DNA of 64,000 nucleotides from Gammaproteobacteria bacterium (GTDB lineage Bacteria > Pseudomonadota > Gammaproteobacteria > Pseudomonadales > Pseudohongiellaceae): positions 63,947 through 127,946 of the forward strand of contig RFVC01000001.1 of the NCBI GenBank assembly GCA_009922595.1. The letters are read 5' to 3'. The number at the start of each line of letters is the position of its first letter. Within the stretch, counting starts at the first letter, position 1. The notes beneath the pieces were generated by a model that was given only the letters and a program-made list of their open reading frames with translations, made no database searches and was not told the DNA's origin. The translations under genes were made by a program, and so were the position numbers. This document shows positions 11,327 to 22,043 of the stretch, one piece after another.

Positions 11327-12238
11327 TTGATTAGGCAGCGCACCTTAAAGAACGTTATAAAGGCAACCGGTGTTGGTTTGCACACAGGACAGAAGGTTTA
11401 TCTGACCCTGAAGCCCGCACCCGTCAATACCGGAATCGTCTTCTCTAGAGTAGACCTTGACCCGGTAGTCCAGATTCCCGCTCTGGCAGAAAACGTGGGT
11501 GATACCACCTTGTCATCCACGTTAATGAAGGGGGATGTTCGAATTTCCACGGTCGAGCATCTCATGTCAGCGATGTCAGGACTGGGTATAGACAATGCCT
11601 ATGTTGATGTCAGTGCCTCAGAAGTGCCGATCATGGATGGCAGTGCCGGCCCATTCGTCTTCCTGATCCAGTCTGCAGGAATAGAAGAACAGGAAGCTCC
11701 CAAGAAATACTTCCGGATCACCAGGGAAGTGACCGTGGAGCAGGGTGACAAGAAAGTTAGCCTGCGCCCCTTTAACGGCTTTAAGGTCGGTTACACCCTT
11801 CTTTATGATCATCCTGTCCATCGGAAATATACAAAGGAAGCCTTTGTGGATTTTTCCAGTACATCGTTTGTAAAAGAAGTCAGCCGTGCCAGAACCTTCG
11901 GTTTCATGCATGAATTCGAGGAACTTAGGAACAGAAACCTTGCCCTGGGCGCCAGTATGGATAACGCCATTGCTGTCGGGGACTACCAAGTGTTGAATGA
12001 AGACGGACTTCGATACGAGGATGAGTTCGTGAAACACAAGATACTGGACTCCATAGGCGACCTCTACCTGCTGGGCAAAACACTGATTGGTGAATTCCAG
12101 GGATACAAATCCGGGCATGCTCTCAACAATGCCCTGTTGCGCAAGCTAATTACCGAGGAAGAAAGCTGGGAAATCGTCACTTTTGACCAAGAGGATGATG
12201 CCCCAATTTCCTACCTGAGGCCTGTTTTTTCCATCTAA
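11327..12238 (+). CDS. lpxC: UDP-3-O-acyl-GlcNAc deacetylase LpxC
   Basis: (M)IRQRTLKN aligns with the E. coli LpxC N-terminus. TVEHLMSA and [14 protein letters not shown] are present. The initiation codon is TTG; no in-frame ATG lies nearby. Confidence 0.93.
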   Translation: MIRQRTLKNVIKATGVGLHTGQKVYLTLKPAPVNTGIVFSRVDLDPVVQIPALAENVGDTTLSSTLMKGDVRISTVEHLMSAMSGLGIDNAYVDVSASEVPIMDGSAGPFVFLIQSAGIEEQEAPKKYFRITREVTVEQGDKKVSLRPFNGFKVGYTLLYDHPVHRKYTKEAFVDFSSTSFVKEVSRARTFGFMHEFEELRNRNLALGASMDNAIAVGDYQVLNEDGLRYEDEFVKHKILDSIGDLYLLGKTLIGEFQGYKSGHALNNALLRKLITEEESWEIVTFDQEDDAPISYLRPVFSI

Positions 12239-12322
12239 ATATGCTCTAATCGAATCGTGTATCCGGCATTAAATCAGCCTGAAACTCTGATTTATCTGTA
12301 GGTTAAAAGCGTTATATCCTGA

Positions 12323-13252
12323 ATGAAAGTAATTGTTATTGATCAGAAGCATGGCCAGACCAAGTCACTGGTCCTAAACCGCTGGGCCCGATTAGCACTG
12401 TCTATTTGCCTGCTGGGTGTGCCTGTGGTGGTGAGTTATTACGGTTACCATTTTTCAGCCACCAGGAATGCTGATTTCTACAGGGATGAAGCCACTCAGG
12501 CCTGGATGGATGACCTGAAATCCCAGCGGAAAGAAATCGAGGAGATTCGCAAAGATACCCTGGCCCAACTTGAAGCGCTGACTTTGCGAATCGCCAACCT
12601 TCAGGCACGGCTCCTGCGCCTTGATGCGCTTGGACATCGATTGACCGAATTGTCAGACCTCGATGATGGTGAGTTCGACTTTACGCAGCCCCCGGCCATG
12701 GGTGGACCCATTGAAGCCGAAGCTGAAGACATGCAGATGCCTGATTTTCTGCAGACTCTCGATAACCTGACAAGGGAAATAGAAGACAAGCAGCAGCAGC
12801 TAGAACTGCTTGATTTCCTCATGGCTGAACAGCAAATAGCGTCCGAATCCTTTCTCTCAGGACGTCCGATCAGCAAGGGCTGGATTTCATCACCTTTTGG
12901 CCGCCGGATTGATCCGTTCACCGGTAAACTTGCCTGGCACCATGGGATTGATTTTGCCACCGGCAAAACCGGTGTGGATGTCAAAGCCGTCGCCTCAGGC
13001 GTAGTGACCTTCGCCGGGGAAAAGCAGGGTTATGGCCAGATGGTCAAGATCAACCATGGCAATGGCTATGAAACGCTGTATGCCCATGATGAGAAACTCC
13101 TGGTCAAACCAGGAGATATCGTCAAAAAGGGCCAGGTAGTGGCCCTGTCGGGGAATTCCGGTCGCTCTACCGGACCCCACGTGCACTTTGAAGTGCACAA
13201 GAATGGTCGCGTTGTCGACCCTTCCTCTTACGTACATCGCACCAGCCGATAA
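12323..13252 (+). CDS. M23 family metallopeptidase (membrane anchor, coiled coil, LytM domain)
   Basis: N-terminal TM helix, a coiled-coil middle, and a C-terminal HHGIDFA ... GRSTGPHVHFEV Zn-peptidase signature. Confidence 0.85.
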   Translation: MKVIVIDQKHGQTKSLVLNRWARLALSICLLGVPVVVSYYGYHFSATRNADFYRDEATQAWMDDLKSQRKEIEEIRKDTLAQLEALTLRIANLQARLLRLDALGHRLTELSDLDDGEFDFTQPPAMGGPIEAEAEDMQMPDFLQTLDNLTREIEDKQQQLELLDFLMAEQQIASESFLSGRPISKGWISSPFGRRIDPFTGKLAWHHGIDFATGKTGVDVKAVASGVVTFAGEKQGYGQMVKINHGNGYETLYAHDEKLLVKPGDIVKKGQVVALSGNSGRSTGPHVHFEVHKNGRVVDPSSYVHRTSR

Positions 13253-13363
13253 TTTCAATCTTCATAAGAAATCCCGTCAATTTGCATTAATTGGTGGGTG
13301 CCGTCTTGAGGGCGCCGCTGTTGCCCTTATATCTGTAAAGTAATCAATCTGACAATTCGACTT

Positions 13364-16108
13364 ATGCTTGCAAAATTATTTGGCAGTAAGAACCAGAGAG
13401 AAATCAAAAAGCTCTCAAAAGTAGTGGACAGGATCAATGCGCTTGAGCCTGAAATCCAGGCCCTCAGTGATGATGACCTGAAAGCCAAGACCGCCGAGTT
13501 CAGGGGCCGGCATGAGGGTGGCGAGAGTCTCGATCAGATTTTGACCGAGGCCTTTGCGGTGGTCAGGGAAGCCGGTGTTAGAACCCTGGGCATGCGCCAT
13601 TTTGATGTGCAGATGATAGGCGGCATGGTGCTGCACTCAGGCAAGATTGCCGAGATGCGCACCGGTGAGGGAAAGACCCTCGTTGCCACGCTGCCTGCCT
13701 ACCTGAACGGGCTAACTGGCAATGGTGTTCACCTGGTGACCGTCAACGAATACCTAGCGCGACGTGATGCCGGCTGGATGGCGCCGCTCTATGAATTTCT
13801 CGGCCTGAAGGTGGGTGTAGTGGTTCCCGGACAGGGACCCGAAGAGAAATTGGCGGCTTACCAGGCCGATATTACCTATGGCACCAATAATGAATTCGGT
13901 TTTGACTACCTGCGAGACAACATGGCTTTTCGTCTGCAGGACAAGTTCCAGAAACAGTTGGCCTTTGCCATTGTCGACGAAGTCGACTCCATCCTGATCG
14001 ATGAGGCCAGAACGCCGCTGATCATTTCCGGTGCTGTGCAGAACAGCCAGAAGCGCTATACGGATATCAATGCCCTTGTCCCTCTGTTAAAGAAGGTCGA
14101 CAAGGTCGAGGAAAAGTCTCTCATTGAAAGACGCATGGAAGGTGATGAGCCCCTGGATGGTGATTTCATCGTAGATGAAAAGAGCCGCCAGGTGGAGCTG
14201 ACCGACCAGGGTCATGAAAAGGTAGAAGGCCTGATGGTGTCCAGGGGATTGCTGGAGGAGGGTGAAAGCCTGTATGCCGCCACCAACCTCACACTGCTGC
14301 ATCAGTTAAGTGCTGCCTTGCGGGCACACTACCTGTTCAACAAGGAAGTGGAATACATTGTCCAGGAAAACCAGATTGTCCTCATTGATGAGCACACCGG
14401 GCGCACCATGCCGGGACGCAGACTTTCTGAGGGCCTGCACCAGGCTATCGAAGCGAAAGAAGGGGTTCCCATTCAGAATGAAAGCCAGACCCTGGCTTCA
14501 ACCACCTTTCAGAATTATTTCAGGCTGTACCAGAAACTGTCCGGAATGACCGGCACAGCGGATACGGAAGCCTTCGAGTTTCACCAGATCTATGGCCTGG
14601 ACGTTGTGGTTATTCCTACAAACCAGCCGATGGTCAGGGATGATGCCAATGACCTGATCTACTTGACCACAGAGGAAAAATTCAAGGCAATCGTTGAGGA
14701 CATCAAGGAATTCCGTGATAGCGGCGCCCCTGTGCTGGTGGGTACCGCAAGCATTGAGACCTCAGAAATCCTGTCGAAATTCCTGAGCAAGGAAAAAATT
14801 AAACACAACGTTCTGAACGCGAAGTACCACGAACAGGAAGCGGAAATCATTGCCCAGGCCGGGCGTCCCGGTACCGTGACCATTGCCACCAACATGGCGG
14901 GTCGTGGTACGGATATTGTCCTGGGCGGCCGCTGGGAGGCCGAGGTGGACGCACTGGGCAATCCGACGCCTGAGCAGGTCGATAAAATCAAGGAAGAGTG
15001 GCAGAAACGCCATGACCAGGTCATTGAGGCTGGGGGTCTTCACATCATTGGTACCGAACGCCATGAATCCCGCCGTATCGACAACCAGCTGCGTGGCCGT
15101 GCCGGCCGCCAGGGCGATCCTGGTTATTCACGGTTCTACCTGTCCCTGGATGACAACCTGATGCGAATTTTTGCCTCTGAACGTGTCAGCAACATGATGC
15201 GCGGACTGGGCATGGGCGAGGGTGAAGCAATTGAACACAAGTGGGTCACCAACTCTATTGAAAAAGCCCAGCGCAAAGTCGAGGGTCGCAACTTTGATAT
15301 TCGTAAACAGCTGCTTGACTACGATGACGTGGCCAACGACCAGCGCCAGATTATTTACCAGCGCCGTAATGAACTGATGGAAACTGAGGACATCAGCAAT
15401 GTCGTCAAGACCATGCGCAAAGATGTGGTCTATGACCATGTCAGCCTTTATATCCCGCCTCAGAGTGTTGAAGAGCAGTGGGATATTCCTGGCCTTGAGC
15501 AGTCCCTGGAAGGGGAATTCGGGGTGAAACTCCCCGTTCAGCAGTGGCTGGATGATGATGAAACCCTTTATGAGGATTCGCTGTGCTCACGGATCCTGGA
15601 AGAAGTTGAAAAAGCCTACGACGCAAAATGTGCCGAGGTCGGTGAAAACATGCGCGTGTTTGAAAAGCAGATCACTCTCCAGATCCTGGATACGCTCTGG
15701 AAGGAGCACCTTGGCCAGATGGATTCCCTGCGCCAGGGTATTGGATTGCGCGGCTACGGCGGCAAGAATCCCAAGCAGGAATACAAACGCGAAGCCTTTG
15801 CCCTGTTTGAGGAACTGCTTTCAAATTTGCAGCACGAGGTAATCAAGTTCCTCAGTCTTGTCCAGATTAAAAGGGATGAGTCTGCTGATGCCATCGAGCA
15901 GCGGCGCATCCAGGAAGCACAGAAAGAACATTCCACGCTGGTTCACCAGCAGGCGAGTGCCATGAACTCCGGTGGTGAGCAGGAGCAGCCGAAAGAGGCA
16001 CAACCTCAAACGCCCTACACCAGGGATGGGGTGAAAGTGGGCCGTAATCAGCCCTGTCCCTGCGGATCAGGCAAGAAATACAAGCAGTGTCACGGTAAGC
16101 TCGGTTAA
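13364..16108 (+). CDS. secA: preprotein translocase ATPase SecA
   Basis: 914 aa with [11 protein letters not shown] (Walker A), a [23 protein letters not shown]-like motif and the C-terminal Zn finger [14 protein letters not shown]. Confidence 0.98.
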   Translation: MLAKLFGSKNQREIKKLSKVVDRINALEPEIQALSDDDLKAKTAEFRGRHEGGESLDQILTEAFAVVREAGVRTLGMRHFDVQMIGGMVLHSGKIAEMRTGEGKTLVATLPAYLNGLTGNGVHLVTVNEYLARRDAGWMAPLYEFLGLKVGVVVPGQGPEEKLAAYQADITYGTNNEFGFDYLRDNMAFRLQDKFQKQLAFAIVDEVDSILIDEARTPLIISGAVQNSQKRYTDINALVPLLKKVDKVEEKSLIERRMEGDEPLDGDFIVDEKSRQVELTDQGHEKVEGLMVSRGLLEEGESLYAATNLTLLHQLSAALRAHYLFNKEVEYIVQENQIVLIDEHTGRTMPGRRLSEGLHQAIEAKEGVPIQNESQTLASTTFQNYFRLYQKLSGMTGTADTEAFEFHQIYGLDVVVIPTNQPMVRDDANDLIYLTTEEKFKAIVEDIKEFRDSGAPVLVGTASIETSEILSKFLSKEKIKHNVLNAKYHEQEAEIIAQAGRPGTVTIATNMAGRGTDIVLGGRWEAEVDALGNPTPEQVDKIKEEWQKRHDQVIEAGGLHIIGTERHESRRIDNQLRGRAGRQGDPGYSRFYLSLDDNLMRIFASERVSNMMRGLGMGEGEAIEHKWVTNSIEKAQRKVEGRNFDIRKQLLDYDDVANDQRQIIYQRRNELMETEDISNVVKTMRKDVVYDHVSLYIPPQSVEEQWDIPGLEQSLEGEFGVKLPVQQWLDDDETLYEDSLCSRILEEVEKAYDAKCAEVGENMRVFEKQITLQILDTLWKEHLGQMDSLRQGIGLRGYGGKNPKQEYKREAFALFEELLSNLQHEVIKFLSLVQIKRDESADAIEQRRIQEAQKEHSTLVHQQASAMNSGGEQEQPKEAQPQTPYTRDGVKVGRNQPCPCGSGKKYKQCHGKLG

Positions 16109-16131
16109 AAACTAGGCTGGAGAATAGAGCT

Positions 16132-17337
16132 ATGGCTGTCGGGTCAGGAGAAACGGGAACGCTTTATCCGGTTCAGGGAATTACAATGGCGGCCGTATCT
16201 GCCGGTATTAAATCTCCTGGTCGCTTAGACTGCGTGCTGTTTGATCTCGGCGAGACAGCCAGGGTGGCCGGCGTTTTCACCACCAATGCGTTCTGCGCTG
16301 CCCCTGTTGTGCTCTGTAAACAGCACCTCAGCAAAAACATCCCCCGCTATTTTGTTGTTAATACAGGTAATGCTAATGCCGGAACGGGTCAGTCAGGACT
16401 CGACGACGCCCTCCATGTTTGCCGCGAAATAGCACAGTCACAGAATCTACCGGACAGTACGGTGCTGCCGTTTTCCACGGGAGTGATTGGGGAACCTCTG
16501 CCGGTCGAAAAAATTTCTGCTGCGCTCCCCGGCGCTCTCAATTCCCTTACAGACGATGCCTGGCTTGATTGTGCAAAAGGGATCATGACGACAGATACCC
16601 GCCCCAAAGCATGTTCAAAAAAAGTCGAGATGGAGGGTAAATCCGTCACGATAACCGGTATTGCCAAGGGTGCCGGCATGATCAAACCTGACATGGCCAC
16701 TATGCTGGCTTACGTTTTCACGGATGCGGAAGTCGCGAATGACGACCTGCAGGCGATGCTCGTCCAGGCAGCGGACAAGTCCTTTAATCGGATTACGGTG
16801 GACAGCGATACTTCAACCAATGATTGCTGCATGCTGACAGCCACGGGCAAAAGCGGTGTAAAAGTGAATTTGGAGAGCAGCGCGTTTATCAATGCCTTGG
16901 AAAATGTTTTTGTAGACCTAGCCAAGGGCCTAGTGCGTGATGCCGAAGGGGCAAGCAAGTTTGTTACTGTGAGAGTTGAATCCGGTGCCAGTAATGATGA
17001 ATGTCTCAGGCTGGCCTATACCGTGGCCGAATCACCTCTGGTGAAGACAGCGCTGTTTGCATCCGATCCTAACTGGGGCCGAATCCTGGCGGCTGTCGGC
17101 AGGGCGGGTCTGACAGATCTGGATATAGCCAGGGTCGCCATCTATCTTGATGATGTTTGCATCGTGGAGAATGGCGCGGTGGCGAAGGGTTATACCGAGC
17201 AGGCGGGCCAGGCTGTCATGGACAGAGAAGAAATTACCATTCGGATTACGTTGGGTCGGGGTGAACATGCAGAAACAGTCTGGACCAGTGATTTGTCCCA
17301 CGAATACGTCACTATTAATGCCGAATACCGAACCTGA
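16132..17337 (+). CDS. argJ: bifunctional ornithine acetyltransferase / N-acetylglutamate synthase ArgJ
   Basis: KGAGMIKPDMATMLAYVFTDA self-cleavage region and C-terminal [18 protein letters not shown] upstream. Confidence 0.92.
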   Translation: MAVGSGETGTLYPVQGITMAAVSAGIKSPGRLDCVLFDLGETARVAGVFTTNAFCAAPVVLCKQHLSKNIPRYFVVNTGNANAGTGQSGLDDALHVCREIAQSQNLPDSTVLPFSTGVIGEPLPVEKISAALPGALNSLTDDAWLDCAKGIMTTDTRPKACSKKVEMEGKSVTITGIAKGAGMIKPDMATMLAYVFTDAEVANDDLQAMLVQAADKSFNRITVDSDTSTNDCCMLTATGKSGVKVNLESSAFINALENVFVDLAKGLVRDAEGASKFVTVRVESGASNDECLRLAYTVAESPLVKTALFASDPNWGRILAAVGRAGLTDLDIARVAIYLDDVCIVENGAVAKGYTEQAGQAVMDREEITIRITLGRGEHAETVWTSDLSHEYVTINAEYRT

Positions 17338-17761
17338 TATACCAGTCACCTCTTCCGTACATGTGGCCGTGGGTGTCGTGGTCAACCGTGATCGTGAAGT
17401 TCTGGTGGCCAGGCGCCATTACAACCAGCATCAGGGCGGATTGTGGGAATTCCCCGGCGGCAAGGTAATGCCTGGTGAAGAGGTCAGGGAGGCGCTTGCC
17501 CGGGAACTCGCTGAAGAGGTGAATATCGAAGTCCGGGAATCCTCACCGTTTTTGAAAATTCACCATGATTATGGCGATAAAAAAGTCCTGCTGGATGTCT
17601 GGTATGTCAGCATGTTTGCCGGGCAGGCGACCGGATGTGAAGGCCAGCCGGTAAAGTGGATCACTGTGGATGAATTTGATCACCACGACTTTCCAGAAGC
17701 CAATTTAGAAATAATCAGCCAGGTCAGAATCCTTCTGGGCTCTCAAAGTCAGAACCACTGA
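17318..17761 (+). CDS. mutT: NUDIX hydrolase, MutT-like 8-oxo-dGTP diphosphatase
   Basis: Nudix box [24 protein letters not shown]. The start is chosen at ATG 17318; the track ORF from 17147 lies inside argJ. It overlaps the argJ 3' end by 20 nt. Confidence 0.8.
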   Translation: MPNTEPDIPVTSSVHVAVGVVVNRDREVLVARRHYNQHQGGLWEFPGGKVMPGEEVREALARELAEEVNIEVRESSPFLKIHHDYGDKKVLLDVWYVSMFAGQATGCEGQPVKWITVDEFDHHDFPEANLEIISQVRILLGSQSQNH

Positions 17762-17966
17762 TCCCCGGTTCCAGGTCATCCAGTTTAAAATCTTCCGGTT
17801 TATCCTCGGCCGGAATCGCATTTCGCTCACTGGCCCAGTCACCAAAGTCAATCAGCTGGCACTGCTTCGAGCAAAACGGCCGAAAGGAATACTCCTCTGA
17901 CCAGGTGATGGTCTTCTGGCAGGTAGGGCAGTTCATTTTTCGAATACTTGTGGTTTTGTTGGTCAT
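17724..17966 (-). CDS. yacG: DNA gyrase inhibitor YacG (zinc-ribbon protein)
   Basis: CPTCQK...[14 protein letters not shown] four-Cys zinc ribbon. Placed downstream of coaE, as in enterics and pseudomonads. Confidence 0.85.
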   Translation of the reverse strand: MTNKTTSIRKMNCPTCQKTITWSEEYSFRPFCSKQCQLIDFGDWASERNAIPAEDKPEDFKLDDLEPGISGSDFESPEGF

Positions 17967-18007
17967 TATTTTAAGCAGTGATGGCTACTGGGCTAATACA
18001 CCATAAA

Positions 18008-18628
18008 TCATCTTACCGAGAGTTGCAGGTACTGATGGTGTAAATTCTTGACCTGTTTCTCAAGCGAGTCCATGCTACTGTTGTTTGAGATGACATCGTC
18101 AGCGCTTTCAAGGCGCCCTTCCCTTTTCATTTGCGCATCCATCATACTTCTTGCCAGTGTCTCCGAACTGCCGTCTCGCTTCTTGATTCGTTCAAGCTGA
18201 ACGTCTTCGGGAACATCTATGACCAGTATCCTGTCCACGTCGCTGTAATTCTCCGATTCGAGAAGCAGCGGCACGACGATAATGACATACTGACTACTGC
18301 TGGCTGCGACCTGCCGCTGTATTTCCTGCCGGACAAGCGGATGCAGCAGATTCTCAAGCCACTCTTTTTCAGCGTTGTCTGCGAAAACGAGTTCCCTTAG
18401 TTGTTTCCTGTCCAAGTTTCCCTCGGCATCAGTAATACTGCTGCCAAAGTGTTTGATTATGGCTTCCAGTGCAGGGCTTCCTGTCTTGACCAGTGTTCGT
18501 GAGATTTCATCGGCGTCAATAATCTCGATTCCCTGACGGCTGAACAGGTTGGCCACCGTAGTCTTGCCGCTGCCAATGCCTCCGGTAAGTCCAACGACGA
18601 ACCTGGAATGTTGACTGGATCGATTCAT
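18008..18628 (-). CDS. coaE: dephospho-CoA kinase
   Basis: GLTGGIGSGKTTVANLF P-loop, 206 aa, in pilD-coaE-yacG order. Confidence 0.92.
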   Translation of the reverse strand: MNRSSQHSRFVVGLTGGIGSGKTTVANLFSRQGIEIIDADEISRTLVKTGSPALEAIIKHFGSSITDAEGNLDRKQLRELVFADNAEKEWLENLLHPLVRQEIQRQVAASSSQYVIIVVPLLLESENYSDVDRILVIDVPEDVQLERIKKRDGSSETLARSMMDAQMKREGRLESADDVISNNSSMDSLEKQVKNLHHQYLQLSVR

Positions 18629-18646
18629 GGAGATGTTGTTCAGCGC

Positions 18647-19537
18647 TTACAGGTAAATACTGTAATACAGAGCAGTCAGCTCATTGCCCCAGACCAGGGC
18701 AATAAAGCCGGCGCTGGCGAGATAGGGGCCGAAGGGAATGGGGATATTCCTGTCTTTTCCGCGGATGACGATTAACCCAATGCCAACGACAGCGCCGACA
18801 AACGATGAAAGCAGGATAATGATGGGCAGTGACTGCCAGCCTAGCCAGGCCCCAAGTGCAGCCAGCAGCTTGAAATCACCATAACCTATACCTTCCTTAC
18901 CGGTCAGGAGTTTAAAGAGCCAGTAGATTCCCCAGAGGATGCCGTATCCTGCCATGGCTCCCCAGACGGCATCCTCAAGAGATGCCAAAAGCCCAAAGCT
19001 GTTTACAAGGAGTCCAAGCCAGAGCAGTGGCAGGGTAATTTCATCCGGAAGAAGCTGATGATACACATCGATCATAGTCAAGGTAATTAGTCCCCAGGTC
19101 AGGACCAGCAGCGCGAGCGTAAGCCAGGAATAGCTATATTCAATTGTTACAAGGACAGTGAAAGCCGCTGTCACTGTTTCAATAATAGGATAACGGGCAG
19201 ATACAGGAGCGCTGCAGTGCCGGCATTTCCCTTTTTGCAGCAGCCAGGAGATTACGGGAATATTTTCCAGAGCCGATATCTCATGCTCGCAGTTGGGACA
19301 GTGGGAATTGGGCACCGCAAGATTGAAAACATCATGCACGGACTCATTTTTTTTTGGATTCTCAATTTCTAGGAGTTCGCAACACTGTTTGGTCCATCCA
19401 GCTTCCATCATTGTCGGAAGCCGGTAGATAACCACGTTAAGAAAACTACCTACTATTAGGCCGAATAACAGGGCAATTGCCGCCGGTACAAGTGGGTAGG
19501 TAGCAAAAAAATCAGCGATTGTGCTTGAATAAAGCAT
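18647..19537 (-). CDS. pilD: prepilin peptidase / N-methyltransferase (A24 family)
   Basis: Cys-rich N-terminal module CPNCEH...GKCRHCSAP, polytopic, and a GYGDFKLLAALGAWLG active-site Asp motif. Confidence 0.9.
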   Translation of the reverse strand: MLYSSTIADFFATYPLVPAAIALLFGLIVGSFLNVVIYRLPTMMEAGWTKQCCELLEIENPKKNESVHDVFNLAVPNSHCPNCEHEISALENIPVISWLLQKGKCRHCSAPVSARYPIIETVTAAFTVLVTIEYSYSWLTLALLVLTWGLITLTMIDVYHQLLPDEITLPLLWLGLLVNSFGLLASLEDAVWGAMAGYGILWGIYWLFKLLTGKEGIGYGDFKLLAALGAWLGWQSLPIIILLSSFVGAVVGIGLIVIRGKDRNIPIPFGPYLASAGFIALVWGNELTALYYSIYL

Positions 19538-19717
19538 GTATCTTTTTATAAGAGGATTGTTACCAACATCTGAAGAATAGCGGTCTCAACCCTAAGCGTC
19601 CACAAAGAAGCACTAATAATGTGAAGTAGGAAGCTAAGTGAGAGAAAAAGCCGACCAGCTTGACTTGCCGCGCATGGCTATGCCCAAATTGCTGAATATC
19701 CGAGGGGAGGGGAAATT

Positions 19718-20566
19718 ATGTTAAAACGCTATAAAAAACTAGCAGCCGGTTACCGTTACCTATTGCTCTTTGGCTGGATTTATTCAGCCACTGCCGCTGA
19801 AACCGAACGCTCGATAACGCACCTTGCGGGAGATGTTTACAGGTTTCAGAACGATGCTCACTATTCTGTTTTCATGGTGACCCCTGAAGGGGTTATCGCC
19901 ACAGACCCGATCAGTCCTGAGGCGGCCCAGTGGCTGAACAGAGAAATACAGTCCCGTTTTGGTCAGCCGGTCAAGTATGTGCTCTACAGTCATGATCATT
20001 GGGACCATGTCAGCGGTGGCGCCGCCTTTAACGAGGCGACTATTGTTGCTCATGCCAATGCAGTGCCGCATATTGAAACTAGTGATTATCCAATTGAGCT
20101 GCCCGATATCACCTTTACTAACGAATTTACGCTGACCCTGGGTGGCAAGAGTGTACACCTCTATTACCTGGGACACAGTCATTCCGATAACCTGATTTAT
20201 ATGGTCTTTCCGGACGCCGGCGTTTTGTTCGGCGTGGATGCAATTTCAGTCAATCGACTGCCTTTCCAGGATATGGTGGGTACCGACATAGATGGAGTTA
20301 TAGGTTCCATTAGTGCGCTTGAGCAAATGGATGTAGCCATTGTGGCGCCGGGTCATGGTGAAGTTGGCTCGCTAGCAGACCTGGCTGCGCATCGGGAGTA
20401 TCTTGAAAAATTGAAGGAGCAGGTAGGAACCCGGATGCGCGAAGGCAAGTCCCTTGAGCGGATCAAGGCAGAGGTTACCATGAGTGAATATTCTCACTGG
20501 GGTTCTTATGGTGGCTGGCAGCAGCCAAATGTTGAAGGAATGTACAATTATCTCATTGCCCAGTAA
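19718..20566 (+). CDS. secreted metallo-beta-lactamase-fold hydrolase
   Basis: Signal peptide, an HxHxDH motif (YSHDHWDHVSGG), and later GHSHSD and APGHGE metal-ligand-like motifs. Strong GAGGGGAGGGG SD. Confidence 0.8.
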   Translation: MLKRYKKLAAGYRYLLLFGWIYSATAAETERSITHLAGDVYRFQNDAHYSVFMVTPEGVIATDPISPEAAQWLNREIQSRFGQPVKYVLYSHDHWDHVSGGAAFNEATIVAHANAVPHIETSDYPIELPDITFTNEFTLTLGGKSVHLYYLGHSHSDNLIYMVFPDAGVLFGVDAISVNRLPFQDMVGTDIDGVIGSISALEQMDVAIVAPGHGEVGSLADLAAHREYLEKLKEQVGTRMREGKSLERIKAEVTMSEYSHWGSYGGWQQPNVEGMYNYLIAQ

Positions 20567-20585
20567 TTAATGCAGGAGTAAAACA

Positions 20586-21158
20586 ATGAATAACGTAAAA
20601 AAGGCAGCAGTCGTAATTTCCTTTTTCTTCCTTGGAGCTTGTGCCTCCATGGATGATGGCTGGATGGATATGTCCGGCAGTTTTGATAGCTGGAATATGG
20701 TAGGGAATGCCAACTGGCGTATTGAAAATGGCGAATTTATTGCAGACTCTGCTTCGGGTATCAGTCACTTGGTTACCGAGGAAGTTTTTGACGATTTCCA
20801 GATTCAGCTTGAATTCTGGAACCACGAGGGGGCAAACAGCGGAGTCTTCATGCGTATCCAGGATCTCGCAGCCATTACCGACTCAACGGCCTATGAAGCC
20901 AATATCTTTGACGATAGGCCCGACCAGAGCGGTCGCACCGGCGGCATTCCGAACTTCCTGCCGCCTGCGGTTGTTATCGATACCTGGGATCAATGGAATT
21001 CCTATGACATTACAATGCGCGGCAACGAGGTCGAGGTGTATCTGAACGGCGTTAAGACGATTGATGGTACGGACGATAATTTTCGCAGTGGTCCGATCTC
21101 ACTGCAGTACGGTGCAGGCACAATCAAGTTCCGCAATGTCAGAATAAGAAGACTTTAA
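20586..21158 (+). CDS. DUF1080 (3-keto-disaccharide hydrolase-like, concanavalin-type) lipoprotein
   Basis: Lipobox FFFLGAC. The C-terminal GPISLQYGAGTIKFRNVRIRRL is typical of DUF1080 proteins (from memory). AGGAG SD. Confidence 0.7.
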   Translation: MNNVKKAAVVISFFFLGACASMDDGWMDMSGSFDSWNMVGNANWRIENGEFIADSASGISHLVTEEVFDDFQIQLEFWNHEGANSGVFMRIQDLAAITDSTAYEANIFDDRPDQSGRTGGIPNFLPPAVVIDTWDQWNSYDITMRGNEVEVYLNGVKTIDGTDDNFRSGPISLQYGAGTIKFRNVRIRRL

Positions 21159-21187
21159 TTTCTGGAGATATAAGCAGGTGCCACCGG

Positions 21188-22021
21188 CTAATCAAACAGC
21201 ATGGTGAAGTCGGTGGCATAGATATGCTTGGTAAGCGACCCAACGCTTATGTAGTCAACACCGGTCTCAGCGACAGCAATTGCTGAATTGATGTCATAGC
21301 CCCCTGAAGCCTCAAGCTTGGCCTGGCCATTATTGATTTTCACTGCCTCGCGCAACATATCCAGCGTATGGTTATCCAGCAGTACAATATCGGCGTTGGC
21401 TTCCAGGGCCTCGCACAGTTGCTCATGGTTTTCCACTTCTACTTCCACGTTTCTTTCAGGATGCAGTCTACGGGCATTCTTGATGGCCTTGCTGATACCG
21501 CCGCAGGCATTAATGTGGTTTTCCTTGATCAGGTAGGCATCGTACAAGCCAATACGGTGATTAAAACAGTCGCCCACCTGTACGGCATATTTTTGCGCCA
21601 GTCTTAAACCGGGAATGGTTTTTCGTGTATCAAGAATTTTCACCTTGGTGTGTTTTACCTGGGCCGCAATGGTTTTGGCTCGTGAGGCAACGCTAGATAA
21701 AGTCTGAAGAAAATTCAGGGCTGTACGCTCTGCGGTTAGAAGTGAGCGGGCTTTGCCCTTGGCAATGAAGACTAGATCGTTGGGACTGAGTGCGTCGCCA
21801 TCGTGATGTTGCCATTCAATCACCGCTGAAGGATCGATCTGTCTGAATACCTCGTTGACCCATGGCTCACCGCACAGGGTGGCATGCTGACGGCATATGA
21901 CGCGCGCCTCCGCATCACGACCTTCCGGGATCAATTCTGTAGTTATGTCGCCACTGCCTATATCCTCGGCAAGAGCGTTGCGGACTGTCACGTCCAGTCC
22001 TTCAAGTAGGGCGTTACTCAT
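21188..22021 (-). CDS. nadC: nicotinate-nucleotide diphosphorylase (carboxylating)
   Basis: ILDTRKTIPGLR and NHRIGLYDAYLIKENHI motifs, 277 aa. Confidence 0.92.
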   Translation of the reverse strand: MSNALLEGLDVTVRNALAEDIGSGDITTELIPEGRDAEARVICRQHATLCGEPWVNEVFRQIDPSAVIEWQHHDGDALSPNDLVFIAKGKARSLLTAERTALNFLQTLSSVASRAKTIAAQVKHTKVKILDTRKTIPGLRLAQKYAVQVGDCFNHRIGLYDAYLIKENHINACGGISKAIKNARRLHPERNVEVEVENHEQLCEALEANADIVLLDNHTLDMLREAVKINNGQAKLEASGGYDINSAIAVAETGVDYISVGSLTKHIYATDFTMLFD

Positions 22022-22043
22022 TGAATAATGGGTTCCAGCGGGA

